DNA of 64,000 bases from a virus (Duplodnaviria > Caudoviricetes): the IMG/VR virus record IMGVR_UViG_3300032462_000002, positions 1 through 64,000 of that record, one strand, 5' to 3'. Below are positions 1 through 8,911 of this stretch, piece by piece (the first letter of the stretch is position 1; every line of letters begins with the position of its first letter). The position numbers and the translations under genes are program-made. Under the pieces are notes generated by a model that saw only the letters and a list, made by a program, of their open reading frames with translations, did no database searches and was not told the DNA's origin.

Positions 1-125
1 CCGATCAGTTTTGGTCCAACGCCAACATTAGGGCCGATCAGTTTTGGTCCAACGCCAACATTAGGTCCGATCAGTTTTGGTCCAACGCCAACATTAGGTC
101 CGATCAGTTTTGGTCCAACGCCAAC
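1..125 (+). repeat. 33-bp coding tandem repeat, about 3.8 copies visible
   Basis: ccgatcagttttggtccaacgccaacattagg(g/t) repeated. Confidence 0.95.
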
Positions 126-801
126 GGTGTCTGTGAATTGGGGTACGCCGCCAACTTGTTCCTGTACCGTTACTATCAGTTGTCCTAGTGGTGGAGGTGG
201 ACCTTCTGCGTTTCGTGCTGCGTCAATGGCTCTAAATGATGGATTGTCTAGCGACTTTGATCCTATTGAAGTTCAAATGACTGACTTGGGCATTCCTTCA
301 GAAATCTTCTTGAGAGTTCCAGAGATTCCCGACATTAGGGTATTGCATGACATACCGCAGATTATTCGAGTAGAGGCCCCAAAAATTCCAGACATCAAGA
401 TCATTGGGCCTGCTACTCCTTTGCCATCAGAGATTAGGATTGTCTCAGATAGCATTCCTTCATTTATTGAACTGGTTGCGTATAGTCTGCCAAAATCAAT
501 CATTTTGGACACAGCTAGTTTGCCACGCTCAATTAAGCTGGAAGTGCCGGAATCATTCCCGTCTATCAAAATTGATGCGAGTGGTATACCTACCTCAATT
601 CAGGTTGTTGGAATTCCATCATCCATTGAATTGATTGGCGCACCATCTGAAATTAGATTGGTAATGCCTGAAAAGCCAGAAATAGAACTGGTTTACAAGG
701 GTGCGCCAATTGATGTTAAGATCAACTTAGACATCAGCCGATTAACAGGAGATGATGGCAATGCGCAGTGCGTTGCTATTGTGCCATGCACGCCAAAGTA
801 A
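1..801 (+). CDS. Pro/Ile-rich repeat protein, probably structural; 5' end lies outside the window
   Basis: Frame is open from base 1; PISFGPTPTLG repeats, then P-x-I-x-I/L repeats. Confidence 0.6.
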   Translation, partial: PISFGPTPTLGPISFGPTPTLGPISFGPTPTLGPISFGPTPTVSVNWGTPPTCSCTVTISCPSGGGGPSAFRAASMALNDGLSSDFDPIEVQMTDLGIPSEIFLRVPEIPDIRVLHDIPQIIRVEAPKIPDIKIIGPATPLPSEIRIVSDSIPSFIELVAYSLPKSIILDTASLPRSIKLEVPESFPSIKIDASGIPTSIQVVGIPSSIELIGAPSEIRLVMPEKPEIELVYKGAPIDVKINLDISRLTGDDGNAQCVAIVPCTPK

Positions 802-802
802 C

Positions 803-1669
803 ATGAGAATAAAAAAACACTCTAACGGCAATCAATATTTGTTGACCCCCCAAAACAAGTGGGTTCGCAATTTCACTGCCAACAATGTTCAATATATTGA
901 CATCAACAATACCATTGATGTCAAAGATCATTTTGCATTCCTACAAAATGAAGTGCAAAATGGTTTTCAAAGAAACCAATGGATTGATTCAGAACAAATT
1001 CATCATCCCGATGTTGTGATTGTATCCGATGGCTATGGATTCAAAGAGAAACAAAAGATTCTCAGTAAATTGCCAAAAAATATAACCATAATAGGCGTGA
1101 ATGGCTCTTTGTCTAAATGGGAAATCACAAACAGAAACATTAACTATTATGTGGTTAACAATCCGTATGACGAGTGCATGAAATACTTGCCACGGCGAGG
1201 AAAGGTTTTGCCAAAGTGTATAGCATCACCTAGAACTAACCATGAGTTTCTGAGCAACTACAGAGGGACCAAAATGAGGTACTATCCTGTAGGCGAGCAG
1301 AGCTACACCACGCTTGGTGCGAAAGAAGTGCAATGGCAAGTAGACGATTATCGCAACCCAATTTGTGCGGCCATTGGATTGGCCTACCGATTCGGAGCAG
1401 AACGCTTAATGTTGTTTTGCTGCGACGACTCGTTTAAGGATGAACGACCAGGGGCAGTACAATTGGAAAACGGATTGTGGATGTACCCACAACACGAAGT
1501 TGCACACGGTTTAATTGATGGCAATTTATACTGGCTGGGGAGCCAGCGATACCAAGAAGTCTTAACAGGCGATTGCTCAAGCGGACCAAACTACACAAAT
1601 GCTTCATACATAGAAGAAGATAAGATATTATCCTTCTTCGGGGTTGAGAATAATGAACAAACGGAGTGA
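803..1669 (+). CDS. DUF115/MptE-like (glycosyltransferase-related) protein
   Basis: VVIVSDGYG and IIGVNG motifs and AIGLAYRFGAERL segment typical of this fold. Confidence 0.45.
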   Translation: MRIKKHSNGNQYLLTPQNKWVRNFTANNVQYIDINNTIDVKDHFAFLQNEVQNGFQRNQWIDSEQIHHPDVVIVSDGYGFKEKQKILSKLPKNITIIGVNGSLSKWEITNRNINYYVVNNPYDECMKYLPRRGKVLPKCIASPRTNHEFLSNYRGTKMRYYPVGEQSYTTLGAKEVQWQVDDYRNPICAAIGLAYRFGAERLMLFCCDDSFKDERPGAVQLENGLWMYPQHEVAHGLIDGNLYWLGSQRYQEVLTGDCSSGPNYTNASYIEEDKILSFFGVENNEQTE

Positions 1670-1967
1670 CGAAAAGGGTGATCCCTTCGGACCATTTAAC
1701 TTTGGTGATTTCAAAAAGTGGATGGAACATCAGCAAGATACTAAGGCTAAACCAAACATGGTTGGTCTACAGGTTGAATCTAAAGTCGCATTCAAGAAAT
1801 TGCTGTCTCGTATAGAAACGCAAGATGGTGAAATTGAAGAAGTTGCCAGAGACTTCAAAAAGAACGGTGGAACCATAACCAGTGTTGATGGACACAATGT
1901 TCTTGTTGAAGTTGATAGTGGCTCTTTCATGATTCATAGAATGTACATCAAGAGAGAAGACGACTAA
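1653..1967 (+). CDS. hypothetical protein
   Basis: ORF overlapping the upstream stop. Confidence 0.6.
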   Translation: MNKRSDEKGDPFGPFNFGDFKKWMEHQQDTKAKPNMVGLQVESKVAFKKLLSRIETQDGEIEEVARDFKKNGGTITSVDGHNVLVEVDSGSFMIHRMYIKREDD

Positions 1968-2332
1968 ACTCCTTTTCTAAGCATTGTTGTCTTTATTGGA
2001 AGATGTGACATATTGACGGTTGGTACCTGTACTGCCGCTGGCACGAATTCAGGTTGTGCGCTAACCGGAATGTTTGAAAATCCTCTGATTTTAAGACTTG
2101 AACGAAAATATTCAAATGAATCGGACGATTCAATCCAAGGCTCCCACAACATTCGTGAGTCAAAGATGATTTGCTCTAATTGAGCTTCCCAACCAACTGG
2201 TAGCTGCAATGGGCCTAAATCATCGACTCGAACGGCCATTTGTGTTCGTCCTTGAAATTTAGCTAGGATTCTAATGCCAGTTTTATCTCTTCTTCCAAGA
2301 TAGAGATATAGATTATTCGTCTTTATTGCCAT
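1964..2332 (-). CDS. hypothetical protein (intact copy)
   Basis: ORF; a homologous fragment lies immediately upstream. Confidence 0.65.
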   Translation of the reverse strand: MAIKTNNLYLYLGRRDKTGIRILAKFQGRTQMAVRVDDLGPLQLPVGWEAQLEQIIFDSRMLWEPWIESSDSFEYFRSSLKIRGFSNIPVSAQPEFVPAAVQVPTVNMSHLPIKTTMLRKGV

Positions 2333-2582
2333 CTTTCTTTTCCTCGGCATCTTTATCTTTGATGCCTAAAAGTGCCTTTAGAATTTCTTCAACTATGTTC
2401 GTATATCCCCTGATCTTGAGCGAGGCCCTGAGTTCTTCAAACGTGTTCGCCGACTCCACCCACGGCTCCCACAGCATTCTGGCGTCGTAGATGATCTGCG
2501 TGATCTGCCCGTCCAGGATGCGGATGCCGCTCTTATCTCGGCGGGCCAGATACAGGTACAAATCACTTACTAGCTGGGGCAT
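2313..2582 (-). pseudogene. GC-rich, internally deleted paralog of 1964-2332 fused to an unrelated C-terminus
   Basis: LYLYLARRDKSGIRIL and QIIYDARMLWEPW match the neighbour; about 25 aa are missing; codons are GC-rich. Confidence 0.6.
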
Positions 2583-3297
2583 CGGGCTTCTCCTGATAAA
2601 CCGCCACTGTCCTGCAAAAATCAAGGAAGTCAGAGTCAGTCATGTTTTGTTTCATCTTGTTAATCGTTTTATGTAACCATTGCACATTTCCAACAAGGTA
2701 ACCTTTGCCAGAATCTATTCGATCTAAGGAAGCCGTGGTTTCTTCAGAGTAGTAGCTGCCGAATTTCAAAGGCATTCCACTCAATGTGCATCTTCTGTTC
2801 TGGAGTAAGAATAATTCCCAAGCGTACTCCACAGTGATCTCGACAAGAAGTTGTTTGTTTGACCTTTTCGCATTCCTCAATATGCGTTTCCAATGGGTGT
2901 TGCTGATTTCGCCGTGGCCTTTCCAGTTGGCATGACGAACTCCATACTTGTATTTGCATTCATTGCAACACTTACTTTGGCCCAATCTAAGCGCTGTGCC
3001 TGTGACGGTGGAAGAATGACCACATTCACATACTACACACCAACAAGACTTACCCTTATAAGAAGCAGCTTTTTCGAGAACCGACCATTTGCCAAATTTC
3101 ACACCGACCAGATTCCTACCTGCTTCTTTAGCCCAATATCTCGAAACAGCCCGTCTTCGTGGAACGCCATACTCCTTCAACCTTCTATTTATGGTCGTTT
3201 TTGGACAACCGCTTTCTTTGGCGATTTCGTCTAGCGTCTTCTGCTTTTTCACATACTCACTTATCAGGTAGCGTTTGTCTACTTGCTGGTGTTTCAT
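2563..3297 (-). CDS. HNH-type homing endonuclease with N-terminal HTH and Zn-ribbon
   Basis: TLDEIAKESGCPKTTINRRL HTH; CVVCECG..SKCCNEC; ASLDRIDSGKGYLVGNVQWLHKTINKMK nuclease motif. Confidence 0.8.
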   Translation of the reverse strand: MKHQQVDKRYLISEYVKKQKTLDEIAKESGCPKTTINRRLKEYGVPRRRAVSRYWAKEAGRNLVGVKFGKWSVLEKAASYKGKSCWCVVCECGHSSTVTGTALRLGQSKCCNECKYKYGVRHANWKGHGEISNTHWKRILRNAKRSNKQLLVEITVEYAWELFLLQNRRCTLSGMPLKFGSYYSEETTASLDRIDSGKGYLVGNVQWLHKTINKMKQNMTDSDFLDFCRTVAVYQEKPDAPASK

Positions 3298-3454
3298 TTG
3301 TTTTTGCCTCACCAGTATAATATGATGGACGTAGAAGTTCTTCCAATAGAATTTCCAAGATAATTTTATTGTAAACATCGTCCGGGCCAAACTCTTTTGC
3401 AAAAGCCTGAAACGCATTCACTCCAGCAATAGCTTCATTATGGTTTTTACTCAT
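3257..3454 (-). CDS. small hypothetical protein, possibly interrupted by the HNH insertion
   Basis: 65-aa ORF upstream of the HNH gene. Confidence 0.4.
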   Translation of the reverse strand: MSKNHNEAIAGVNAFQAFAKEFGPDDVYNKIILEILLEELLRPSYYTGEAKTNETPASRQTLPDK

Positions 3455-4070
3455 GCCACTACCTTTACCTCAGTACGCCAAAGTCAAAGACAACTATTGT
3501 ATAGCCTACTTCGGCAATAACAAAGAACACTTGGTTCAGTTAAAGTTGCTCCGGCCTTATATGGAGGCCGCTTTTCTCGGCGTCAAGGTTTACTTGTCGT
3601 GTCGAGAAGACTCAGCTTATTTACTCAAAGGTGAAGAGAGAATAATCACACGAGAGGAATTAAAGGAAAATAAACATCTATTTGGATACATTCGTGAATT
3701 GTTATGTGACATGCAGTCACATCCAGTAGAGGAATTCATGAATGAATCTGACATCAGATATGGACCGATTCGTGTAGAACAACCTTTGAAAAACAAAAAA
3801 TGTGTTCTTTTAACAAATGGCGTGACGCCTGTTGGTTCCCTTACAGGAAACCAAATCAAATTGGCAATTTCTCACATTCAAAACAAAGGCTACCAACCAG
3901 AAATCAATGGAACGACTGAAGATGCTGGATGGGTGGTCGGTGTAGAAAACGAACAATTCTACAACGCTGCCGCCATTGGCAGGGCCGTTACGTTAATTCC
4001 AACGGGATTTGGTGAAAATATGTTCAAGAAACTCTTCCCTAGCGGACAAATCCTCAAGCTACCTGCATAG
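3453..4070 (+). CDS. hypothetical protein, degenerate GT-B-like
   Basis: ORF with a weak GT9-like C-terminal pattern. Confidence 0.5.
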   Translation: MPLPLPQYAKVKDNYCIAYFGNNKEHLVQLKLLRPYMEAAFLGVKVYLSCREDSAYLLKGEERIITREELKENKHLFGYIRELLCDMQSHPVEEFMNESDIRYGPIRVEQPLKNKKCVLLTNGVTPVGSLTGNQIKLAISHIQNKGYQPEINGTTEDAGWVVGVENEQFYNAAAIGRAVTLIPTGFGENMFKKLFPSGQILKLPA

Positions 4071-4127
4071 CTAATGTGAAGTTAGGGGAATCACACACAA
4101 CTCTGTTACACTCTTAGGAGAAAACAC

Positions 4128-4742
4128 ATGAGCGTATTTAAGGTAGCTTTGAACAGCATTGCTCAGGGATATATGGACCTGAACCCTGCTACAGCAACAT
4201 CAATTTCGGGATTGGACCACAGCCAATTGGGCGCAGGAATGAGTCCTTCCATTCAGCGTACAATCTACGTTTCTGGACCGAATCACACATATCGTAATTT
4301 GAAGGACGGCGAGCAGTTCACCGACTGCAACTACTGGAAGCGTTTTGCTTATCCACAGGTCGCATTGGCTGACGCCTTCATTGAAGTCGTTACCGATGAC
4401 GGTTCTGTATACAGCGACGTTTCGGACGAGAATGTATTCCCGAAGGTTTACAACCTGTCTGTAGTCAATGGTACAACCTACACGGCTAACGTCGTAGACA
4501 TTCTTGGCGACACAGGCGGTTTCGCAGTGTTCGTACAGATTGCCAACCAGGGCGGCACTGCTGTCAAGGTTCGTCTGAACGGCACAGCAAACGCAATCTT
4601 CGATCTTGGTGCTGGCGAAACCCAGGTCTTCAACCACGGCGACCTCTCGGTCACTAAGTTGGAGTTCGCAAACACTGTTTCTGGTGGAGCCACCACAACA
4701 GTTCAGGTTCTTGTCTCTGTCAAGAGCGTCTGCAATAGCTAA
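4128..4742 (+). CDS. putative virion structural protein (beta-rich)
   Basis: Strong AGGAG SD; capsid-like codon usage; terminator follows. Confidence 0.6.
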   Translation: MSVFKVALNSIAQGYMDLNPATATSISGLDHSQLGAGMSPSIQRTIYVSGPNHTYRNLKDGEQFTDCNYWKRFAYPQVALADAFIEVVTDDGSVYSDVSDENVFPKVYNLSVVNGTTYTANVVDILGDTGGFAVFVQIANQGGTAVKVRLNGTANAIFDLGAGETQVFNHGDLSVTKLEFANTVSGGATTTVQVLVSVKSVCNS

Positions 4743-4764
4743 TTGGATTCTTTGAATTTCAGGC

Positions 4765-4797
4765 CCCGGTAGGAACCTTCCTACCGGGGTTTTTTTA
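4765..4797 (+). terminator. intrinsic terminator
   Basis: ccccggtagg-aacctt-cctaccgggg followed by a T-run. Confidence 0.85.
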
Positions 4798-4817
4798 TTG
4801 ACACACTCTATCAAAGC

Positions 4818-5804
4818 ATGGGACAACTTCGCAAACCAGCCGCCATTTCTAAACCTAAGCCATTAAGCATTAGGGACTTCTACAACAAACGAAATCGCAT
4901 CCTGGTATGGCATGACAAAGGCGGATTAGGCGATGTGTTGATGCAGCGAATGATGTTCGCCGATTTCAAATCTATATGTCCAGATGCCGATTTGATTTTT
5001 GCTTGTTTGCCAGAATACATGGACGCTGCCAAAGACCACCCTTGTATTAGTGAAGTAATTGATTCTAGGACGGTGAACGTCAACGACTATACCAATCATT
5101 ACAACACTTGCGTTTCTATTGCAGATAGGTATGAAAACCTAAATGCTCCTTTTTGTTTAGAACACAGAGCCGATATATGGGCTAAATATTGCGGCGTCAC
5201 TTTGACTAAACACGAAATGCAATTCAGATTTAATCCAGCATTCCTAGAACATTGCCGCAAGCGATTGAGAGCAATCGCTCCTGAAAGCAAGCCAACAGTA
5301 TTGTTTGCGCCAGTATCAAAAATGGCAGTCAAAACACTATTGCCATTTCAAATTCAAGCCGTAGTAGATGCCACAAAAGATTGCAATTTAATTGGACTAC
5401 ATAACAAAGAGATAGCCGAACTTACCCGCCTGGGACTGCCCGGCGTATATGGTGCTACTCTCAAAGAGTGGATGGGATACATTGCAGTAGCAGATTATGT
5501 CATATCTGTTGATACTGCAACTTTTCACATGGCTGGAGGGCTTAAAAAGCCGCTTGTGGGCATTTTTACATTTGCAGATGGAAAGGCTTATGGGAAGTAT
5601 TTCGACTTCGTGTTGGTTCAGAAACATCGGGACAACGGCAATTGGGATTGTGGACCATGTTTCAAATTTGGCGACTGTCCAAAGTGCAACAAGGCTCAAA
5701 AACCCTGTTTAACTGAATTAAGTCGAGAAGAATTGCAGACCGGAATCAAACAGATGTTTGAAAGATGTCCATTCAATCAAAAGACGCCTTTATTGCAATT
5801 TTGA
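4818..5804 (+). CDS. glycosyltransferase family 9 (heptosyltransferase-like)
   Basis: GGLGDVLM; ADYVISVDTATFHMAGGLKKPLVGIF; C-terminal CGPC..CP..C..PCL. Confidence 0.85.
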   Translation: MGQLRKPAAISKPKPLSIRDFYNKRNRILVWHDKGGLGDVLMQRMMFADFKSICPDADLIFACLPEYMDAAKDHPCISEVIDSRTVNVNDYTNHYNTCVSIADRYENLNAPFCLEHRADIWAKYCGVTLTKHEMQFRFNPAFLEHCRKRLRAIAPESKPTVLFAPVSKMAVKTLLPFQIQAVVDATKDCNLIGLHNKEIAELTRLGLPGVYGATLKEWMGYIAVADYVISVDTATFHMAGGLKKPLVGIFTFADGKAYGKYFDFVLVQKHRDNGNWDCGPCFKFGDCPKCNKAQKPCLTELSREELQTGIKQMFERCPFNQKTPLLQF

Positions 5805-5970
5805 CATCTAGTACCCGCACGGAAATTATTCCGACTAATAAGAGATTCTGTGCCACGATGACATAAATATGTCATCGGATGCAGATCGCCGATGTAATGC
5901 TCTGCGAGCAGAAAACAACCTTTTCTGCAAAGACTTCTTGTAGTTCTATCAATGTCTTTTTAGTAGGCAT
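5777..5970 (-). pseudogene. frameshifted Zn-ribbon remnant of a homing-endonuclease N-terminus
   Basis: MPTKKTLIELQEVFAE, frameshift, then GCFLLAEHYIGDLHPMTYLCHRG...NNFRAGTRCQNC. Confidence 0.55.
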
Positions 5971-6003
5971 TTTTAATCTTCAAGTGAATAACTACTTTAT
6001 TGT

Positions 6004-6261
6004 ATGGTTGATGGAGATATTTTTGTGCCACAGCTAATTAAACCAGGATCGGTCAAAATCACGACCCAAGATGGGGAAGTCCAAGTGACAATTGCCTTGG
6101 AGCTAACCATAAATCTAAACACGGATGGTGTTAAGGTTTATGCACAAGCAGTGGAACAGAAAAAAGAAGAAATTCAACAAGAAATTCAACAAGAAAAGGA
6201 TGAATGGATGATTCCTGATTTTGGAGCTTCTCCTAAACTTGATTTCGGAAAACGGGAGTAA
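6004..6261 (+). CDS. hypothetical protein
   Basis: ORF directly before the actin-like gene. Confidence 0.55.
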   Translation: MVDGDIFVPQLIKPGSVKITTQDGEVQVTIALELTINLNTDGVKVYAQAVEQKKEEIQQEIQQEKDEWMIPDFGASPKLDFGKRE

Positions 6262-6264
6262 ATT

Positions 6265-7269
6265 ATGCCAATTGGATTTGACTGCGGAACATTCAATCTC
6301 GTCTGCTGCCACAGAGACGATAAAGGGGACTTCGTATACAAGAGAGAAGTCAATGCTTTCTTGGAACTCCCATTGGATAATCGTTTCGTCTTCAACATGA
6401 TGAAGACAGCGGGCGTGCCATTGATTGAACGAGACAAGGTTGCTTATGCTTTGGGCGAGGCGGCTTGCAATATGACTTACACAATGAGCCAGCTTGAACT
6501 CAAACGTCCCATGATTCACGGATGTGTCAATCCAAAAGAAAAAGACGCATTCCAGATTATGTCGATCATGATTCACTCATTGATTGATGGAATTACAAAA
6601 GATGGGGAGACGCTTTACTATTGCGTACCAGCCAATGCCATCAATGAAGATACAGACGCCGATTATCATCAAAGAATCCTTGAAGCAATCTTCAAGGCAT
6701 ACAAGGATGAAACGGGTCGCAAAGTAGATGCACACCCAATCAACGAAGCCCTAGCCCTGGTCTATGCAGAACTTGGAAAGAAGGCGTTTACGGGCATTGG
6801 TGTGAGTTTTGGTGCTGGCATGGTTAATCTATGTTATGCGATGTATGGAAATCCTGTTTTCGCTTTTTCGATTGTCAACTCAGGCGATTGGATCGACCGT
6901 CAAGCTGCTAAAGCAACGGGCGAGTCAATCTCTTTCATCAATAAAGAAAAAACGAAAATTGATTTGACTAAAGCTCCCGCCTCGTTGGTGGAACGGGCTA
7001 TTCATACTCAATACAGGCTGATGATAGAACATACCGTACAGGGAATCAAGAAAGGTTTTGCAGACATTACCAAATCGGTTCGTGCCGACGCTCCGGTTGA
7101 CGTGGTAATTGCTGGTGGAACATCTTCTCCTTATGGTTTTGCTACTATCTTCAAGGAAACGATTCAGCAGGCCGACTTGCCAATCAAGATCGGAGAGATC
7201 ATTAAACCTAATGATCCGTTATACAGTGTTGCTCGTGGCTGTCTGCTGGCAGCGGAAGCAGCAAAGTAA
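6265..7269 (+). CDS. actin-fold ATPase (MreB/FtsA/ParM-like)
   Basis: IGFDCGT (phosphate 1), INEALA (connect 1), SFGAGMVN (phosphate 2), IAGGTS (adenosine), SVARG (connect 2). Confidence 0.8.
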   Translation: MPIGFDCGTFNLVCCHRDDKGDFVYKREVNAFLELPLDNRFVFNMMKTAGVPLIERDKVAYALGEAACNMTYTMSQLELKRPMIHGCVNPKEKDAFQIMSIMIHSLIDGITKDGETLYYCVPANAINEDTDADYHQRILEAIFKAYKDETGRKVDAHPINEALALVYAELGKKAFTGIGVSFGAGMVNLCYAMYGNPVFAFSIVNSGDWIDRQAAKATGESISFINKEKTKIDLTKAPASLVERAIHTQYRLMIEHTVQGIKKGFADITKSVRADAPVDVVIAGGTSSPYGFATIFKETIQQADLPIKIGEIIKPNDPLYSVARGCLLAAEAAK

Positions 7270-7292
7270 ATTAGAAAAAGGATGAGAACCAA

Positions 7293-8342
7293 ATGAATGA
7301 AGTAACAACAGAAAATACAGATCGCTTTTATGTGCCAGAATCAATTGCTGATGAGTACAAAGAAAAAGCAACCATCGTGACAAATGCCAATCTCGATGAA
7401 AAAAAATACTATCCTATGTTGGAATATGCTCCAGAACCTCAACACATGATTGAATCTAAAACAAAACACTTGAGATTCACCGTTGGGAAAAAGTATCCAG
7501 TCATTGAAAAGAGACATGAATATACTGGTTGTAAAGCGAATTATGGATTCAAGACTTTGAACGACAAAGAAGAGAATGTTTGGGTTGATGAAAAATATTT
7601 CATTTTAGCAAATTCTCTAAGGTATGAAGAAGAAGTCGGCGGATTTACACCAAAGGGAGACAATCTGGTTTGGGATGCTGTCGCTGAAGATGGAATTGTT
7701 AATCTGTGTGATATTCGGAAAATGGCTTCTGAAAAGAACGTCAAACCACTCGAAGTAGGCAACGACGGACTGAAGTACATCGCCGAAAATATGAATCGCT
7801 TTTATGTACCAGAAATAATTGCTATGCCTGAAAAGCCAGAAATAGAACTGGTTTACAAGGGTGAGCCAATTGATGTTAAGATCAACTTAGACATCGACGG
7901 ACTGAAGGACAGCATCACCGAAAATATGACTCTTTCGGGAATCATCGGCGCTCGAAGCACAGGATTTAGTCACAATAATTTATGGACTTGCCGCAAAGAT
8001 AAAAAACCCGTAAAGCAAAGCACCTTCAACGAAGGCGTCGTAAAAGACGACGGGAACGAATTGATGAACAATGCCACAAAATGTATGGCAGCAATTGACA
8101 AGGTTTTTGGATACAACAAGATTGTAGACCCAGATGGAATTATCACAGCAATTGCTGTAAATGTTCCTCATCTATGTTTACAATGGGATAACGATGTTCT
8201 TTGTGTTAGCGGTGTGAAAACAAAGATTGCATACAAAGAAGTTCAAGCTGCGTACAGTGGATTGAAAGGTCTAGTTTCTGTCAAAATTGCAGAAAGGACC
8301 ATAGGAAAGCTGGTTGCAGGCCAGTTGAAGAAAGTATTCTAA
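7293..8342 (+). CDS. mosaic hypothetical protein containing a segment copied from 664-735
   Basis: 72-bp near-identical block plus internal direct repeats. Confidence 0.6.
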   Translation: MNEVTTENTDRFYVPESIADEYKEKATIVTNANLDEKKYYPMLEYAPEPQHMIESKTKHLRFTVGKKYPVIEKRHEYTGCKANYGFKTLNDKEENVWVDEKYFILANSLRYEEEVGGFTPKGDNLVWDAVAEDGIVNLCDIRKMASEKNVKPLEVGNDGLKYIAENMNRFYVPEIIAMPEKPEIELVYKGEPIDVKINLDIDGLKDSITENMTLSGIIGARSTGFSHNNLWTCRKDKKPVKQSTFNEGVVKDDGNELMNNATKCMAAIDKVFGYNKIVDPDGIITAIAVNVPHLCLQWDNDVLCVSGVKTKIAYKEVQAAYSGLKGLVSVKIAERTIGKLVAGQLKKVF

Positions 8343-8418
8343 GAATAAGAGAACACATCCCGCACTCAATTTGGGTGCGGGATTTGGGTGCGGGATTTAT
8401 AGAAAAGAAAGGCTAGAA

Positions 8419-8877
8419 ATGAAAAAGAACCAGAAGAGTGTTAGCGACCTTGGGGCCGCAGCATATTTGTTAATGCACGAAATTAAGGTCATTGGTCGTC
8501 GAGGCAAGGATATTTACTTCTTGCTTACAGAGGATCATACGTCTGAGAAGTTTGACCAGTTAACCCTTGATTATTTGTCAAGTGAATTTCACCGATTTGA
8601 TGCTTGCATCATGTCGCTGAAAAAGATCGGCGAATACAACTTTGAAACGAGGAATCATCGCTTCGTTACTGATTTGGGCGCTGCTGCTTATATTCTCATG
8701 CACAAATACAAGGTTGTAGGTAAAAAGGGCAAAGCAATCTACTTTGAATTAGACGATGAGATTTCGGACAAATTTGATGAAGTTGCTCTGGACTACATCT
8801 CCAGCGATTATCACCGATTCGATTCTTGCCTAATGTCCCTGAAAAAGATTGGGGAATACGTTAGCGATCATAACTAA
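8419..8877 (+). CDS. protein with two tandem copies of a ~70-aa domain (DUF5659-like)
   Basis: DLGAAAY..MH..KV.G..IYF..HRFD.C.MSLKKIGEY occurs twice. Confidence 0.65.
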   Translation: MKKNQKSVSDLGAAAYLLMHEIKVIGRRGKDIYFLLTEDHTSEKFDQLTLDYLSSEFHRFDACIMSLKKIGEYNFETRNHRFVTDLGAAAYILMHKYKVVGKKGKAIYFELDDEISDKFDEVALDYISSDYHRFDSCLMSLKKIGEYVSDHN

Positions 8878-8911
8878 TCTCAGCAGAGATATATAAGGGC
8901 AAGGAGAAATC

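Noticed and set aside
1-125. 33-bp repeats as a CRISPR array
   Set aside because: No spacers; this is a head-to-tail in-frame coding repeat.
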